This document shows, one piece after another, positions 13,046 to 26,244 of a stretch of DNA of 64,000 bases. Each line of letters begins with the position of its first letter. Within the stretch, counting starts at the first letter, position 1. Origin of the DNA: Octopus sinensis (taxonomy: Eukaryota). The stretch lies in the NCBI RefSeq assembly GCF_006345805.1, contig NC_042997.1, positions 9,672,001 to 9,736,000 of the forward strand, given 5' to 3'. The notes beneath the pieces are model-generated. The model ran no database searches, was not told where the DNA came from, and worked only from the letters and a program-made list of their open reading frames with translations. Position numbers and translations under genes: made by a program.

Positions 13046-14249
13046 GCCCACATAGTCACACCTGAAATTAGTTAGTATTATCTAGGTGCAAATACCTAGA
13101 TTTCAGCAAGAGCTATAATGAGATTTCATAACATTCATGCTGTTCATTTTGAAAACATAGACTAACATAAACGAAGGTGAAATGTTTCGAACTGTCAAAT
13201 GAATACAGATTCTGTGTGGCCATCAGCATATGTTATAAATAGAAATGTATGATCATACATACCAAACTAAGAAAGAAATGTATTTCACCTTTTATGATCT
13301 TCAGCTGAATTGGAAATTATTTTCAACAAACATGATAGTTGTTTTCTCAGGACTCTAAAACAGCTACAGGTTCATTCTTTCATTCTCCACTGTAAGATTA
13401 AAAATAAGTAAATAGATTTTAATTTAATCTTTCAGATCTTCTCCTTTTTAATCAGCAAGTAAATTAATTTTTGTCATTTTATCTTTTATGCTCATGGGTT
13501 TTTGATATTTTAAAACATTGAAAAACAAAATTAATATTTAAAATTACTTTATGAATTTTGTTTTGAAATTTACTTCTAGATAAAATTAAGGTAAGTGGTA
13601 TGTCTTTTATTTGTTGCTTTTGATGCGGCTGCAACTGATGGTGATGAAGATGATTATGATGATAATGATGGTGATGATGTTGTTTTGCTGATATTGTTGA
13701 TGTTGTTCATATGAATTTGTTTTTCCTTTCTTCGCTTCTTTTCGTTCTTTTTAAATTGATTTTGTATTTTCAAAACGGAATTAAAAATATGATTTTCTTG
13801 AACAAAAACAATGAATTAAAAATGAGTTTTGTACCGTTTATTTTTGTTTTGTGTGCGTAAACTAAAAATAATCACACAAGTAAGAAACTTCTTTTTTTAA
13901 ATGTATAAAAAAGAATTATCATTTTATTGAAGTATACCATCCTTAAAAGATTTTTGCCTTTTTATTCATATCATCTAATTTTGAGAATTTTTTTTTTAAA
14001 TCTTCAAAATATTAGTTTGAACATTTTGAAAAATTTTCTACTTTTTCAGATTGTTTTCAAGTTTTCAATTGATTCTTTAACTAAGTTTGGTCAATTTATA
14101 AGTAATGTAACTTCATTCACTTGTGATAATGGTCATGTGTCTAAATTCTAACTGGTGGAAGGCTTCATTTTCCTCCCAAAAAGCTTGTCCTGTGATGTAA
14201 TATGGCTTTAGACCAGATTTGCTAACCCTAACCATTATCCTCTTCCTTT

Positions 14250-14618
14250 TGCATCATCTTCATCACCATCATTGCACTTTTTCTTCTTCATCTCCTTCTC
14301 CTCCTCTTCCTTTTTCCTTCTTCTTCATCTCCTTCTCTTCCTCTTCCTTTTTCCTTCTCCTTCTTCTTCATCCCCTTCTTCCTCTTCATCTTCCTCATCT
14401 TCTTTATCTTCTTCATCTTCTTTATCTTCCTCTTCATCTTCTTTATCTTCCTCTTCATCTTCTTTATCTTCCTCTTCATCTTCTTTATCTTCCTCTTCAT
14501 CTTCTTTATCTTCCTCATCTTCTTTATCTTCCTCATTTTCTTCATCTTCTTCATCTTCTGCTTCTTCCTCCCCTCCTCCTCTTCTTCTTCTTCTTCTTCT
14601 TCTTCTTCTTCTTCTTCA
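14250..14618. repeat. (TCT/TCC)n pyrimidine microsatellite with a ~21-bp higher-order unit
   Basis: Repeated tctttatcttcctcttcatct; source of the poly-S/K ORFs. Confidence 0.9.
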
Positions 14619-14962
14619 TTGAATTTATACTCTGCAACCTCAGTGTTAATGTACATCATTGTGCTTTTTCTATGCTGGCATAAAGTCATCACCAAACTCC
14701 ATTTGACAAAAACCCTAATACATATAAATCTTCTTCAAATCCCACTCTATTGTCTTAAAAAGAAAACAAGAACACATTGGAGAATATAATGGTAGGTACT
14801 CTACTATAAGCATAGATAATGTAATTATACATACGTTATTTTCAAAAAGAAAAGCAGAGAACTGACCATGGTTACAAATTTTTGACCATATGCAGGTGTC
14901 TGTTCAAAGCTTATCCAGCGATAATAACAACTATAGCCAGTATAATCATCGGTGTACTCATA

Positions 14963-15385
14963 AGGGTGGCAAGCTGGCAAAATCATTAGCATCCTGACCG
15001 AAATGCTTAGTGGCATCTGAGTTCAAATTCCACCATGGTCGACTTTGCCTTTTATCTTTGCAGGGTTGATAAATTAAATACCAGTTGAGTACTGGGGTCG
15101 ATGTAATCAATTAACACCTTCCCCCAAAATTTCAGGCCTTGTGTCTACAGCAAAAAGGATTACTACTGTTCTCATAAGAATGGTGAGCTGACAGAATAGT
15201 TAGCATGCTGGGGAAAATGCTTATCAGCATTTCATTCTTTACATTCTGAGTTCAAATTCTGCCAAGGTTGATTTTTCCCCTTCATCCTTTCAGGGTCAAA
15301 ATAAGTACCAGTTGAACACCGGGGTCAATATAATTGACTTAACCCTCCCCCAAAATTGCTGGCCTTGTGCCAAAATTTGGAACCA
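14963..15385 (+). mobile_element. Two tandem SINE S2 copies
   Basis: Heads at ~14965 and ~15180 (agctggcaaaatcattagc / agctgacagaatagttagc), B-box gagttcaaattc, central tttcatcctttcagggtc domain. Confidence 0.8.
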
Positions 15386-15449
15386 TTATTATTGCTCTAA
15401 TTGCTGTCTCCACAAGATATACAGTCATCATCATTATTTGCATTTACTT

Positions 15450-15776
15450 CAGGCTCAGTGGTTAGAGCATCGAGCTTATGATCATGAAGTAGTGAGTTCA
15501 AGTCCTGGACTGAGTTGTGTGTTGTATTCTTGAGCAAGACACTTTATTTCACATTGCTCCAGTTCACTCAGCTGTAGAAATAAGTTGTGATGTCACTGGT
15601 GCCAAGCTGTATCAGTCATTGCCTTTCTCTTGGATAACATTGGTGGCATGGAGAGGGATAGCTGGTATGCATGGACAACTGTTTGTCTTCCATAAAACAA
15701 CCTTGCCCAGACTTGTTCCTAGGAAAGGAACTTTCTAGGTGCAATCTCATGGTCATTCATGACCGAAGAGGGTCTT
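15450..15776 (+). mobile_element. tRNA-derived SINE family S3
   Basis: ggctcagtggttagagc A-box, gagttcaagtcc B-box; colinear with 54274-54606. Confidence 0.85.
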
Positions 15777-16754
15777 TGCTAGGCTAAAAGAACAGTATTC
15801 TAAGCAGACCATAACTTACTTTATTCTACTCACTATAGTTTGGCCATCAGGATTTTATTCCATACTTTTTCAGCAAAGATTCTATTATATTACAAATACG
15901 AATTTATTTCTGATACAAATAAGAAACTATTCACACTCACATATGCATGCATACCCTCAAATATTTTGTCATCATCATCATCATCATTTTATGTCTATTT
16001 TTCTACACTAGTACAGTTTGGATGGGTTTTCTGCAGCGCAGCATCTCCCTATTTGCTGTGGTCCTTTGTCATGTTTGGCATGAGGTTTAAACTCCTTGCA
16101 TCAGCTTTCACCACTTTTTTTGTCATGACTTTCTTTGTCTTCCTATTCCTCAAGGATCTAAATATGCTTGTCATCCTCCATATATATCATATGTTTATCA
16201 GTTTCAAAGCTAGGTGAGGGATCGAGAAGAGAGTCCATCCTAGGCACCACTTTTATGAGATTGGTACTTCTGTGCCTACTGCATATGCTTGAGGGTCCAG
16301 GGTTGAGAAGCAGTAGACTCAAGGGCTACTGTGAGTGACAGATATGAACACTCCTCAGCATAGCTTGGACAAGTCACTTCACTGATGTTTACATTATCTT
16401 AGGAAGTAAACAAATAGTCTACAAAATAACCACAGACAATGGCCAGTAGAACAGAATGGAAAGGAAAACCAGACAAAATAAAATAGGATAAGTTAAGATG
16501 ACCAATGGAAATGTTAAAGTAAGAGGGATAGCCAAAATAGGCATAAAGTAGGTGTGGTGTGGTTTGGTAGTCATAGAGTGGAAAGAAAAGAAAAAGAAAG
16601 TAGAAAGAAAAAAATGCCATGAGTAAGGGAAAAGTGGGGTATGTAAGGAGCAGCAGAACTCTTAATCAGATGTAAAACAGACAGACAGAGGTAACCATGA
16701 AAATTTATTCTTCAAAATTGAATGAGGTTTTGGAAGGCATTGATAGTAGGGAAA

Positions 16755-16885
16755 AGGTTCATCAAGCTGTAGAAACTCTGCCAGATAAGATTGGAGCCTA
16801 GTGCAGCCATCTGGTTCGCCAGTCCTCAGTCAAATCGCCCAACCCATGCTAGCATGGAAAGCAGACGTTAAATGATGATGATGAT
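16755..16885 (+). mobile_element. RTE 3' tail fragment
   Basis: agctgtagaaactctgccagat...gcagacgttaaatgatgatg. Confidence 0.85.
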
Positions 16886-16944
16886 ATATATATATATATA
16901 ACAAAGGGAAGTTGTAAGATACCGCACGAGTGGAAATATATATA

Positions 16945-17015
16945 AAAGAAGGCTTGAAAATGCAATTTTCAAAGGTGTTTATTCACTTTTAAAATTGCAT
17001 TTCCAAACCTTCTTT
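16945..17015. repeat. Short imperfect foldback flanked by (TA)n
   Basis: aaagaaggcttgaaaatgcaattttcaaaggtg / cacttttaaaattgcatttccaaaccttcttt, 6-nt spacer. Confidence 0.75.
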
Positions 17016-17017
17016 CG

Positions 17018-17048
<31 letters not shown>

Positions 17049-17685
17049 CTTTGGTGATCTCATATTAGTTTTAGGGTTTTGCTTTTCCCTTTTTCTTTTG
17101 TTATAGATATCACATACTCCTGCAAGAAATAAAAACTCATTTTTATCTCAAGAGATGAAAGGTAAAATTGACTGCATTAAGATTTATACTGTGGTACATC
17201 AGGAATATTTTATCAACTCAGAATATTTATTGATGGGTTGAATATTATTGATAATATTCAACAAGGATCGTTGGTGTTATATATCTATGCATCTGAATTT
17301 TGGTTTTAAACCTTTATATTTGATTGTGTGACTGATAGGTTTATGAGATCATTGCTTGAATCCTGAATTATGATATTCCCATCATTCTAACTTCACAGAA
17401 TAATGTATTTTAATTGAACAATCTGGTTTTACATAATTGAAACATGGTTATACTTTTAAGAATGCTTTCTTCTTTAAATCACACCCAACTGCTTCTAATC
17501 AGAAAATTTTCACCTTTAGATTATGAAATCAAGTCTTTAAGCACATACCTTTTAAATTGCATTATAAAATTTTAAGGTGAAATACTTGTAAATGTTGTTT
17601 GTAGCACTTTGGTTTTGAGTTCCAAGATAATATTTCGAAAACAAAATAGGATGTAAAATTATCACTTACGTAACTAAAACTTGCG

Positions 17686-17744
<59 letters not shown>

Positions 17745-17854
17745 GGTTTGGAGATGATGTACAGGTATTTATATAAGAAGAAATGAGGTACTCAGAAATT
17801 CGGATGGTTTTATATTTACAGATATTTATTTGTATATTACATGTTTTAATACAT

Positions 17855-18883
17855 CACACTCAGAAGAAGACCTATGAACATTCCACAACATCCTCAACAC
17901 ACTGCACCCATCTATCAAATTCACAATAGATACCAGCCACAACGAACTTCCCTTCCTAAACATCAACATCAAGATACACAACTCCATCATCACAACAGAC
18001 ATGCACTACAAAAAAAAACTGACACACACCAATATTTAAATTTCTACTCCTGCCACCCATCCCACATAATAAGAAACATCCCATATAGTATGGCAAGATG
18101 CATATGCAGCATAGTAACTGTCTCACAAACACACCTAATAAGACTAGATGAACTTAAAAACTTCCAACTTGAACAAAAATACCTCCTTAAACTAATAAAA
18201 AATGGAATCTCAAGAGCAATGAAACTAGACATCACACAACTCAGGACCCCCAAAACAAAAAACAAAGAAAACATTATCCCTTTCATAAACACACACAACC
18301 CTGGAGTTACCAACATGTTTCAAATCATACATTCAAACCTACCAATAGTCTACAAAGCCCCAAAATGGAAAACATACTAAACAAATATTGCATAAAAAAC
18401 AGTAGATGACAAGACAAAAACCTGAAGAAACAACTAACAAGAGCAAAATTCTCATCAGAAACTAAAACTGAATTCTTTGTAAAAGAGTGCGGGGATGGTT
18501 GATGTGGGATCTGCATTAACCCCACCTACAAATACATAGAGGGAGACAAAGAAATGAAATTTAAAAGTGGTCACATATTCAAAATAAATGCAGATATGAA
18601 CTGCAAGACGCAGAACATAGTATACTGCATAACCTGCCCCATGTGCAAGGAGGATTACATAGTTGAAACTGGAAATTCTTTATGCCAACAAGCCAGAATT
18701 CACCGACAACATGCCCGACAGGAGGAACTGCACAACATATCACTGAGTAAACACCTAGATACATGTGGAAAAGGAAAATTAAAAATTTTTCCCTTCTACA
18801 AATGTCCAAAGAATGACACCTCCTTCAGGAGGAATATGGAAAAATACTTCATAACTAAGTTCTCCCCCAAATTGAATGGCTGA
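17855..18883 (+). pseudogene. 5'-truncated Penelope-like element: RT thumb, Cys linker, GIY-YIG endonuclease
   Basis: LHPSIKFT..LPFL, KKTDTHQYLNFYSCHP..IPYS, linker ECGDG*CGIC, NIVYCITCPMCKEDYIVETG...FITKFSPKLN; in-frame TGAs and frameshifts. 17740-17853 may be an inverted pLTR tail (weak). Confidence 0.9.
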
Positions 18884-20245
18884 AAATATCTCTATAATAA
18901 GCTGTACCAGATGAAGGACCAAATTTGTAATGTAAATTGTATTAAACACACACACACACATACACCCTCAGTTCTACACATATGTTTTGGTTTTTGAAAA
19001 TACAACATTGAACAAAGGATATTCTAATATTTGAATGAAACCATTTTACATTAATTTGTAGAACCAGTTACTTCTGTATGATAAAACTTAATTTAGACTA
19101 AATCAATTGAAGATCAGACAACAGACTCAGTGGTTGTCAGTTTGTATTCTGTCATCTGTAGCTTCAACACGAGAAAGTCTCTTTTTCAAGTATGGACCTT
19201 GTGAAATTTTGCTCCTCATACATTGAAGGACAGATCTTTCAATGTATAATTTAACAAACATAGTATTGCGTTTAGTACACTGTATATTACTCTACATTCT
19301 TGTTGATCACCAAAGCAAACTGACTTTTAAAATGTCAATAAAACAAACCTGTTTTTGTAATCCAGATTTTCCATCCCATGTAAGCACAGGAATCAATCAT
19401 TGGATTGAAAGAACTGAATAGTGGTATAAATATCAACACAATTATTTCTTCTTTTTTTTCTTCTTTCTTCCTTTCTCCAGATTCACAGGCACCCACACAC
19501 ACACGCACGCACGCACACACACACACCACACACACACACACACACATCCTCACACACACACCTTCACAAAACAATAATAAAAAGAAATCCAGACAATTCT
19601 TTTTTGAAATGGCCAATTACTAAAAACCAAAAATCATTTACAGTTGCAAAAAAAATATAAACAAAAGTGGCACAGATTACTCTTAACAACTTGACCATTC
19701 CTCCTTAACACTTCTTTCAGATACAAAGACACAAACACATGCACCACACACGTGCGTACATAAACCCACACACACACACACTCTCTCACAAGACAATGAT
19801 AAAAAGGAAATACAATTTATGGTCTTCTTTCTCTCCCTTTTCTTCCTTTCCTTCTTTTTCTTTAACACTTCTTTCAGATAAAACATGCACACACACACAC
19901 ACACATGCTCTCTCTCACTTTCTCCCCATTCATCACCATCTTGTACTATCTTATATCTCTCCCCACCACAACATTCAATAACAGTATAAAATGGTCAAAA
20001 GTTTTCCACGGGAACTTAGTTCAATTTGAAAACTCCACCAGAATGGACGAAAGCGCTAATATATGATATATGATATGATGTATTAAATCATGTAATATAT
20101 ATATAACTTATAAATAAGGGCAAAAGAAAAGATTTCTAATGCCAAATATGCCGAAATTGGAACTATTGTTCATAACCATATAATTTTTCAGAATACGCAG
20201 GCTACTCAAAAAAAGGTCGACAGAAATTTCTAAAAAATTCCATTA

Positions 20246-20305
20246 TTACCATATCGGACCGATTTCAGGGTTAGTTCGTAAGAACCCTCCCTTCGTCAGT
20301 GATAA
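20246..20305 (-). ncRNA. Type I hammerhead ribozyme motif
   Basis: Reverse complement of 20744-20803. Confidence 0.85.
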
Positions 20306-20743
20306 ATGTGGCAAAGAAATAAATGAGATACTTACTCATACCCATGGAAGAAGCAAAACACTAAGCCATGAGCACAATTAAATACCCCAAATACATCCAA
20401 AATAGAAATACTCCAGCTCATTCAAGACACGTGCGATTTGAACTGAGGCTCTCACAGAGTTAGATTGTCCGGAAGTTAACACTATTAAATTTATATTTAA
20501 TGTAGAATAAATGGCCAGCATATTAAAAAATACCTTTAAAGGTTAAAATTATAAACAACTTATAAATAAGGGCAAACGAAAAAGTTTCTAATGCCAAATA
20601 TGCCGAAATTGGAACTATTGTCCATAACCATATAATTTTTCAGAATACGCACGCTACTTTGGGGTACTTAATTGTGCTCATGGCTTAGTGTTTTGCTTCT
20701 TCCATGGGTATGAGTAAGTATCTCATTTATTTCTTTGCCACAT

Positions 20744-20803
20744 TTATCACTGACGAAGGGAGGGTTCTTACGAACTAACCCTGAAATCGGTCCGATATGG
20801 TAA
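20744..20803 (+). ncRNA. Type I hammerhead ribozyme motif
   Basis: ttatca CTGACGA aggg agg gttc ttac gaac taa ccct GAAA tcgg t ccga TA tggtaa; intact core, stems I/II/III pair, near-palindromic stem III, predicted cleavage after 20797 (AUA). Confidence 0.85.
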
Positions 20804-21378
20804 TAATGGAATTTTTTAGAAATTTCTGTCGACCTTTTTTCGAGTAGCCTGCGTATTCTGAAAAATTATATGGTTATGAACAATAGCTCTAATTTCGGCA
20901 TATTTGGCATTAGAAGTTTTTTCGTTTGCCCTTATTTATAAGTTGTTTATAATTTTAATCTTTAAAGGTATTTTTTAATATGCTTGCCATTGATAAAACA
21001 TTTTTTTGAAAGAAAATTTTATCCTACATTAAATATATAGATAGATAGATAAGTAGGTAGATAGATAGATAGATATAGATGTATAGATATAAATGTATAG
21101 ATATACAGAGATAGATATACAGATAAATAGATATAAATATCGATATATAGATAGATAGATATTGAGATGTGTCATAAATAGATATATACATATCTATATG
21201 TACACACATATACTCATACACACACACAAACATGCACATACACGTACACTCACATTCAATATGTTTCCTATACACACACACAGATGTTATAAATGCAATC
21301 AACAAGAAAAAGATAACACAGAAGAGACTGGGTTTAACTAATATGTTATTAGCTTAACACTTTAATAGGAAGGGAGAG

Positions 21379-21414
21379 TCTTAATATTTCAAGTATTAGT
21401 CCTTCATCAGAAGA
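21379..21414 (-). ncRNA. Degenerate minimal HHR
   Basis: Minus strand: tctt CTGATGA a ggactaatactt GAAA ta TT aaga; stem I pairs, stem II decayed. Confidence 0.35.
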
Positions 21415-21420
21415 AAGAGA

Positions 21421-21548
21421 AAAGACCGATAGAATAAGTACTAGGCTTACAAAGAATAAGTCCTGGGGTCAACTTGTTCAAATAAAGGCGGTGCTCCAGT
21501 ATGGCTGCAGTCAAAAGACTGAAACAAAGAAAAGAATAAAAGAAAGAA
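21421..21548 (+). mobile_element. SINE S1 3' tail
   Basis: gaccgatagaataagtactaggcttacaaagaataagtcctggggtc...ggcggtgctccagtatgg. Confidence 0.8.
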
Positions 21549-21641
21549 TATATATATATATACTAATATAGGATGAAATTTTTTTCCGAAAAAATTCCAT
21601 CAAAAAGTGGCGGCATATTAAAATACCTTTAAAGGTTAAAA

Positions 21642-21850
21642 TTATAAACAAGGGCAAGAGAAAAATTATTTCCATGCCAATATGTTGATAATAGACTTTA
21701 AATCATCAATTTTCACATATCATTATACACTGTGCTGCAGCACGACATGTATTTATAGTGAGTGTATAATGATATGTGGAAATTGACAATTTAAAGCCTG
21801 TTATCAGCATATTGGCATGGAAATAATTTCTCTTTTGCCCTTGTTTATAA
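21642..21850. repeat. ~90-bp-arm foldback related to the terminus of the 20.1-kb element
   Basis: 21642-21731 is inverted at 21761-21850; contains aagggcaagag...ttccatgccaatatg, like aagggcaaa...tttctaatgccaaatatg; right flank is (TA)n. Confidence 0.8.
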
Positions 21851-21857
21851 GTTGTAT

Positions 21858-21978
<121 letters not shown>

Positions 21979-22109
21979 CATATATGTAGAAGGTAGAAAA
22001 GTAACACGAGTTTATATGTATAAGGAAAATAAGACAAAGTGGAATACGCTAAAATAATTTTATCATGTAGTACATTTTAGTACCGGTTTCTGTCTTTTAG
22101 ATATATTTA

Positions 22110-22272
22110 TGCGATGGGCTGCTTTCAGTTTCTGTCTAGCAAGTCTACTCGCAAGGTTTCAGTCAACCTGATACTACAGTAAGAGACAACTACCCAAAGT
22201 TCCACACAATGGGATTGAACCCAGAACTATGTGGTTATGAAGCAAACTTCTTAACACACAGCCATGCCTGCA
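22110..22272 (-). mobile_element. SINE S1 5' part, diverged
   Basis: Reverse complement of the S1 head. Confidence 0.7.
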
Positions 22273-22369
22273 CATACTCTATACTCTTCCAGTCAGAGAT
22301 AGCATCTACAAAGACATGATGCTTTTCCTCCTATGCATGTTAAGCTTATACAGTATTTGTTACTACTAA

Positions 22370-22610
22370 GGTGCTGAGCTGGCAGAAACGTTAGCATGCT
22401 AGGTGAAATACTTAGCGGTATTTCAACTGTGTTTATGTTCTGAGTTCAAATTCTGCCGAGGTTGACTTTGCATTTCATCCTTTTGGGGTCGATTAAATGA
22501 ATACCAGTTGAGTACTGGGGTCGATCTAACCGACTTAATTCCTTTGCCTTGTCTGTCCTTGTTTGTCCCTTCTATGTTTAGCCCCTTGTGGGCAATAAAG
22601 AAATAAATAT
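22370..22610 (+). mobile_element. SINE S2, near full-length
   Basis: gagctggcagaaacgttagc...gagttcaaattctgccgagg...gccccttgtgggcaataaagaaata. Confidence 0.85.
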
Positions 22611-22693
22611 TTATTACTACTTGTCCCTCTTCGGTAATATTCTTTTATGTTATTTCGTGCTCATTCCTTTATATATATAATATATGTACACAC

Positions 22694-22774
<81 letters not shown>

Positions 22775-22776
22775 GT

Positions 22777-23042
22777 AAACCCACTTTGCTCTTGTTATCG
22801 TCAACATCCGCCTTTCACCATGTGCAACTCGTAAACACCAGTCGTCTTTTTTCTCTTTCCCTGTTGCCCGCTCTGGGATCTTTTTCTTTCCTCTCTCTCT
22901 TCCTTCTTTATGTTTCCGACGAAGAGCTCCGCTCGAAACGTCATACCTCCCTGCTTCCATCTCCTGAGCGCCTTTTAATAATAATACTGTAATTGTTCCT
23001 GTTGTTGTTGTTTTTTTGTTTCCCTTTTGGATTAAAATTATA
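22777..23042 (+). repeat. 5' pseudo-LTR with HHR-like motif (22912-22946)
   Basis: gttt CCGACGA a gagc tcc gctc GAAA c GTC atac; direct repeat of 29051-29316. Confidence 0.85.
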
Positions 23043-23357
23043 CCACTGCGCGCCTACACGGACCCCTGTACCTTGGATACCAACTCTCGGATTTTTTGCA
23101 CCTACGGATTATTGTTACCATTCTTCCTGACCTACGGATCACCCGCAACCTTCTTCCGGAGTACCGCTTACCGTGATGTAAAATCATTACTTAATCTGTC
23201 CGTTGACTCTCAAATCTCTTTCCTGACTTTTTTCAACTTTTTTCTATTGTTTTCAAACTGTCTTCACCCTTTTTCTTCTTTCGTTGTTTTCCTGTTGTCT
23301 CTCCTTTTTCCTGCTTCGCCCCCACCCACCTTTACCTGTTTGCCACCACTTCTCATC

Positions 23358-26214
23358 ATGCCTGACTTGCACTCGTTCGTCCAACACCTTCAATCCCTCC
23401 TCAGCCGCTACCTCCCGCGTTCTTCCCCCCACAATGTTCCGCACCTGCTATAAAACTTTCCCGCTTGCTTTTTAAGAAAACCCGCCACTCTAGTCATCTT
23501 TCCTTTCTTAGCCGGTGCCTCCGCCATCATGTCACACCCCGCGGTTTCCTCTTGAAGTTCCACGCTACCCCCTATTCCTCCCCCTTCATCGAACCCACCC
23601 TCGCTCGGACCTCCCGCTCCCTCCTCCGCGCCACCATCCGCTCCACCCGCCCCCTCCTTGACTCCCTCGACCATCAACTTCCCCAGGCCTACCTCCTTCT
23701 CTCCGCCCTCTGCCCTCCACTCTTCACCCAACCTATCCTCCGCTTCATTCTTAATCTCAACACACCAACTCTACAACCACCTCACACACACAAAAACAAA
23801 AAACTCCACCTCCTCCTCAACCCCTCACCCCCTTCCCCATCCTCCCCCACTGTTCCCCCCCTCCTTCGCACCTACCCCACCCTTCCACGGACCCCCCCCC
23901 CACCGTGACCTTCCTACGCCTAACCCATCTTCACCCAACCACCCCTACCCTCCCCTTCACACCCCTGCACCCCCTCCGCCTGCCCCTAGTCCTCCCACCA
24001 ACCCGCTTCCTCGCGCTGTTGTCACTATACCCCCCCACCTCCCCCTCTCCGCCGCTGAGCGCTCCCTCCTCAGTAAAGGTCTCCGCTTCACGCCACTCAC
24101 GCGCGCCACTGTGATGAGTTCGAGACTCGGGCGGACGTCAACCTGTTCCTGCGCCGCCTCAAACTTCGCGCATACTACCACGCGTTCCCCGCAGCGTCCA
24201 ACACAATCAGGATTGCCTTTTGGAGCTGGGCGTCGTCCATCCATCTGGACGCCGCCCCCAGGCCTTTTCAGTAGCCTAGATTCGTTTGTACATGACTGCA
24301 ACGCTTTGGTCCACCGTTTCAACTTTGAACCAAGACCCCGCCGAGCCAACCTCACTCGGGCCGAATCCATTGCCCTTCGCCACCTCCGCCGTCGTGATGA
24401 CATTGTCATCAAACCGGCGGACAAAGGCGGGGCAGTGGTAGTGTGGCGCGCGGACCTATACAGGGAGGAAGCGCTCAACCAGCTTCAAAATCCACTCTTC
24501 TATCTATCGCCTCCTCCCCTCCGATCCCACCTCCTCCTACCAACAACGAGTGTCCTCCACCATCCACGACCTCATCTCCTCCTCCGCTCTCCCCCTCACC
24601 GCCACCAACCTCATCGTCCGCACACCCCGCACCTCCACCATCTACTTCCTTCCCAAGATCCATAACCCTCTAATCCTGGCCGTCCCATAGTCTCTGCCTG
24701 TAATTGCCCCACTGAACTCATCTCCCTACCTCGACCGCATCCTCTGTCCCCCTTAGTCGCAGCCCTCCCATCCCACATACACGACACCAACCACGCCCTC
24801 CGTCTCTTCAATTCCTTTTCCTTCCCTTCCAGCCCCTCACACCTCCTCTTCACATTAGATGTAAAATCCCTGTACACAGTGATTCCCCACAATGACGGTC
24901 TCCTAGCCCTCCAACACTTCCTCGACCGTCGTCCCGACCCCACCCCCAGCACCCCCACCCTTCTCCGTTTGGCCGAGCTCGTCCTCACCCTCAATTGCTT
25001 CACGTTCGCCGGGGAAACGTACCAACAGGTGTCCGGGGTCGCGATGGGAACTAGGATGGGCCCCAATTTCGCCAATCTCTTTCTTGGCTACATTGAGGCC
25101 CAAGTGTTCTCCCAGTTCTCTGGGCCGACCCCCGAACTATACGGTCGCTATATCGACGACTGCGTAGGTGCCACCACCCTCCTTTCCCGTGAACTTCTCT
25201 GCCAATTCATCTCTTTCCTTTCCAACTTTCACACCCCTCCCTTCAATTCACCTCCACCATCTCCAACACCTCTGTCAACTTCCTTGACATCTCTCTCCGC
25301 ATCGATCACCCCTCCAGATCTCTCACCACCACCGCCTTTTTTAAACCTACGGATTCCCACCTCTATCTCAACTTCTCTTCCTCCCACCCCTTCCACACCA
25401 AACGAGCCATCCCCTACTCCCAGTTCCTCCGCCTCCGACGTTTGTGCAGCCGCGACCAGGATTTCGAGACCCAATCTCAATACCTGGCCCGCATGTTCAG
25501 ACTCCGAGGTTACCCACCCATACTCCTCTCTGATGCCCTCACCCGCGCCCGTCGCATCGACCGCACTACCGCCCTGTCTCCTTCCCCCACCCAACCGCAC
25601 CCCCCTCTTCCCCCTCCTTTTCCACCCCTCTACCCTACCCCTTCGTCGCAAGATACTACGTGCCTTCCGTCGCCTCCAGCTTGATCCCACCACCCGCCCC
25701 ATTTTCCCTAACCTACCCCTGTCCTCTTTCAAACGAGCCCGCAATCTGCGTGACCTCCTGGTCCACAGCACCCTCTCTCCTTCCCCTCAGCCCCACACGG
25801 ATCATTCCCTTGCTCTAGATCCCGCTGCAACACTTGCCCCTTCATCACCAACACCACCACTGTCACCGGCTCCAACCTGCACACTGTACGCATTAGGCAC
25901 TCTTTTACGTGCACCTCGTCTGGCCTTATTTACTGCATTAATGCAACCTATGCGGGATGCTGTATGTAGGACAGACGGGACGCCGGTTGTCCGACCGTTT
26001 CACTGAGCATTAAGGGACGTTCGCCTACACTCTCTTTCTCCCGTCGCACGCACGCCACTTCCGCTCGGCCGGCCATTCCCTAGATGACATCTCAGTGTTT
26101 GTCTCGCGCCCCCACCAAGGTCGCCCACTTTCCAGGCTCCACTTGGAGCAACGCTACATCTTCACCCTACAAACTACCACCCCACACGGACTTAACACAG
26201 CCCCCTCCTCTTGA
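23358..26214 (+). CDS. PLE polyprotein: RT + Cys linker + GIY-YIG endonuclease (~950 aa if frameshifts are repaired)
   Basis: LSKGLRF, DDIVIKPADKGGAVVVW, LLPKIHKP..PGRPIVS, LDVKSLYTVIP, GVAMGTRMGPNFANLF, YIDD (25149-25160), KPTDSH..L...SSHP..K.AIPYSQFLR, CSRSRCNTC, IYCI..C..CGMLYVGQTG, EQRYIFTLQTTTPHGLN; breaks are 1-nt frameshifts, several in homopolymers. Confidence 0.9.
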
Positions 26215-26244
26215 GATCTGTTTTTTTTTTTTTTGGCACACCAC

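Larger units (their letters stand above)
20105..20991. mobile_element. Back-to-back HHR-bearing non-coding element, ~452-nt monomer
   Basis: 20105-20206 recurs at 20557-20658 (period 452); 20105-20390 is inverted at 20659-20944; 20510-20556 is inverted at 20945-20991. Confidence 0.9.

Noticed and set aside
13170-13310. Additional CTGATGG/CTGAAGA...GAAA matches on the minus strand (also the GAAAgcgcTA half-motif at ~20048)
   Set aside because: Stems I-III could not be paired consistently, or the core is missing; chance matches are likely in AT-rich DNA.
14219-14695. Poly-S / K-rich ORFs
   Set aside because: Translations of a (TCT/TCC)n array.
18405-18512. In-frame TGA codons in the PLE fragment read as possible selenocysteine (as in Naiad PLEs)
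   Set aside because: Both fall where Arg is expected (SR*Q, DG*CGIC), fitting CGA>TGA CpG decay; the endonuclease is C-terminal and the element has other lesions.
23408-25771. Minus-strand ORFs opposite the PLE
   Set aside because: Antisense shadows of a GC-rich coding sequence.
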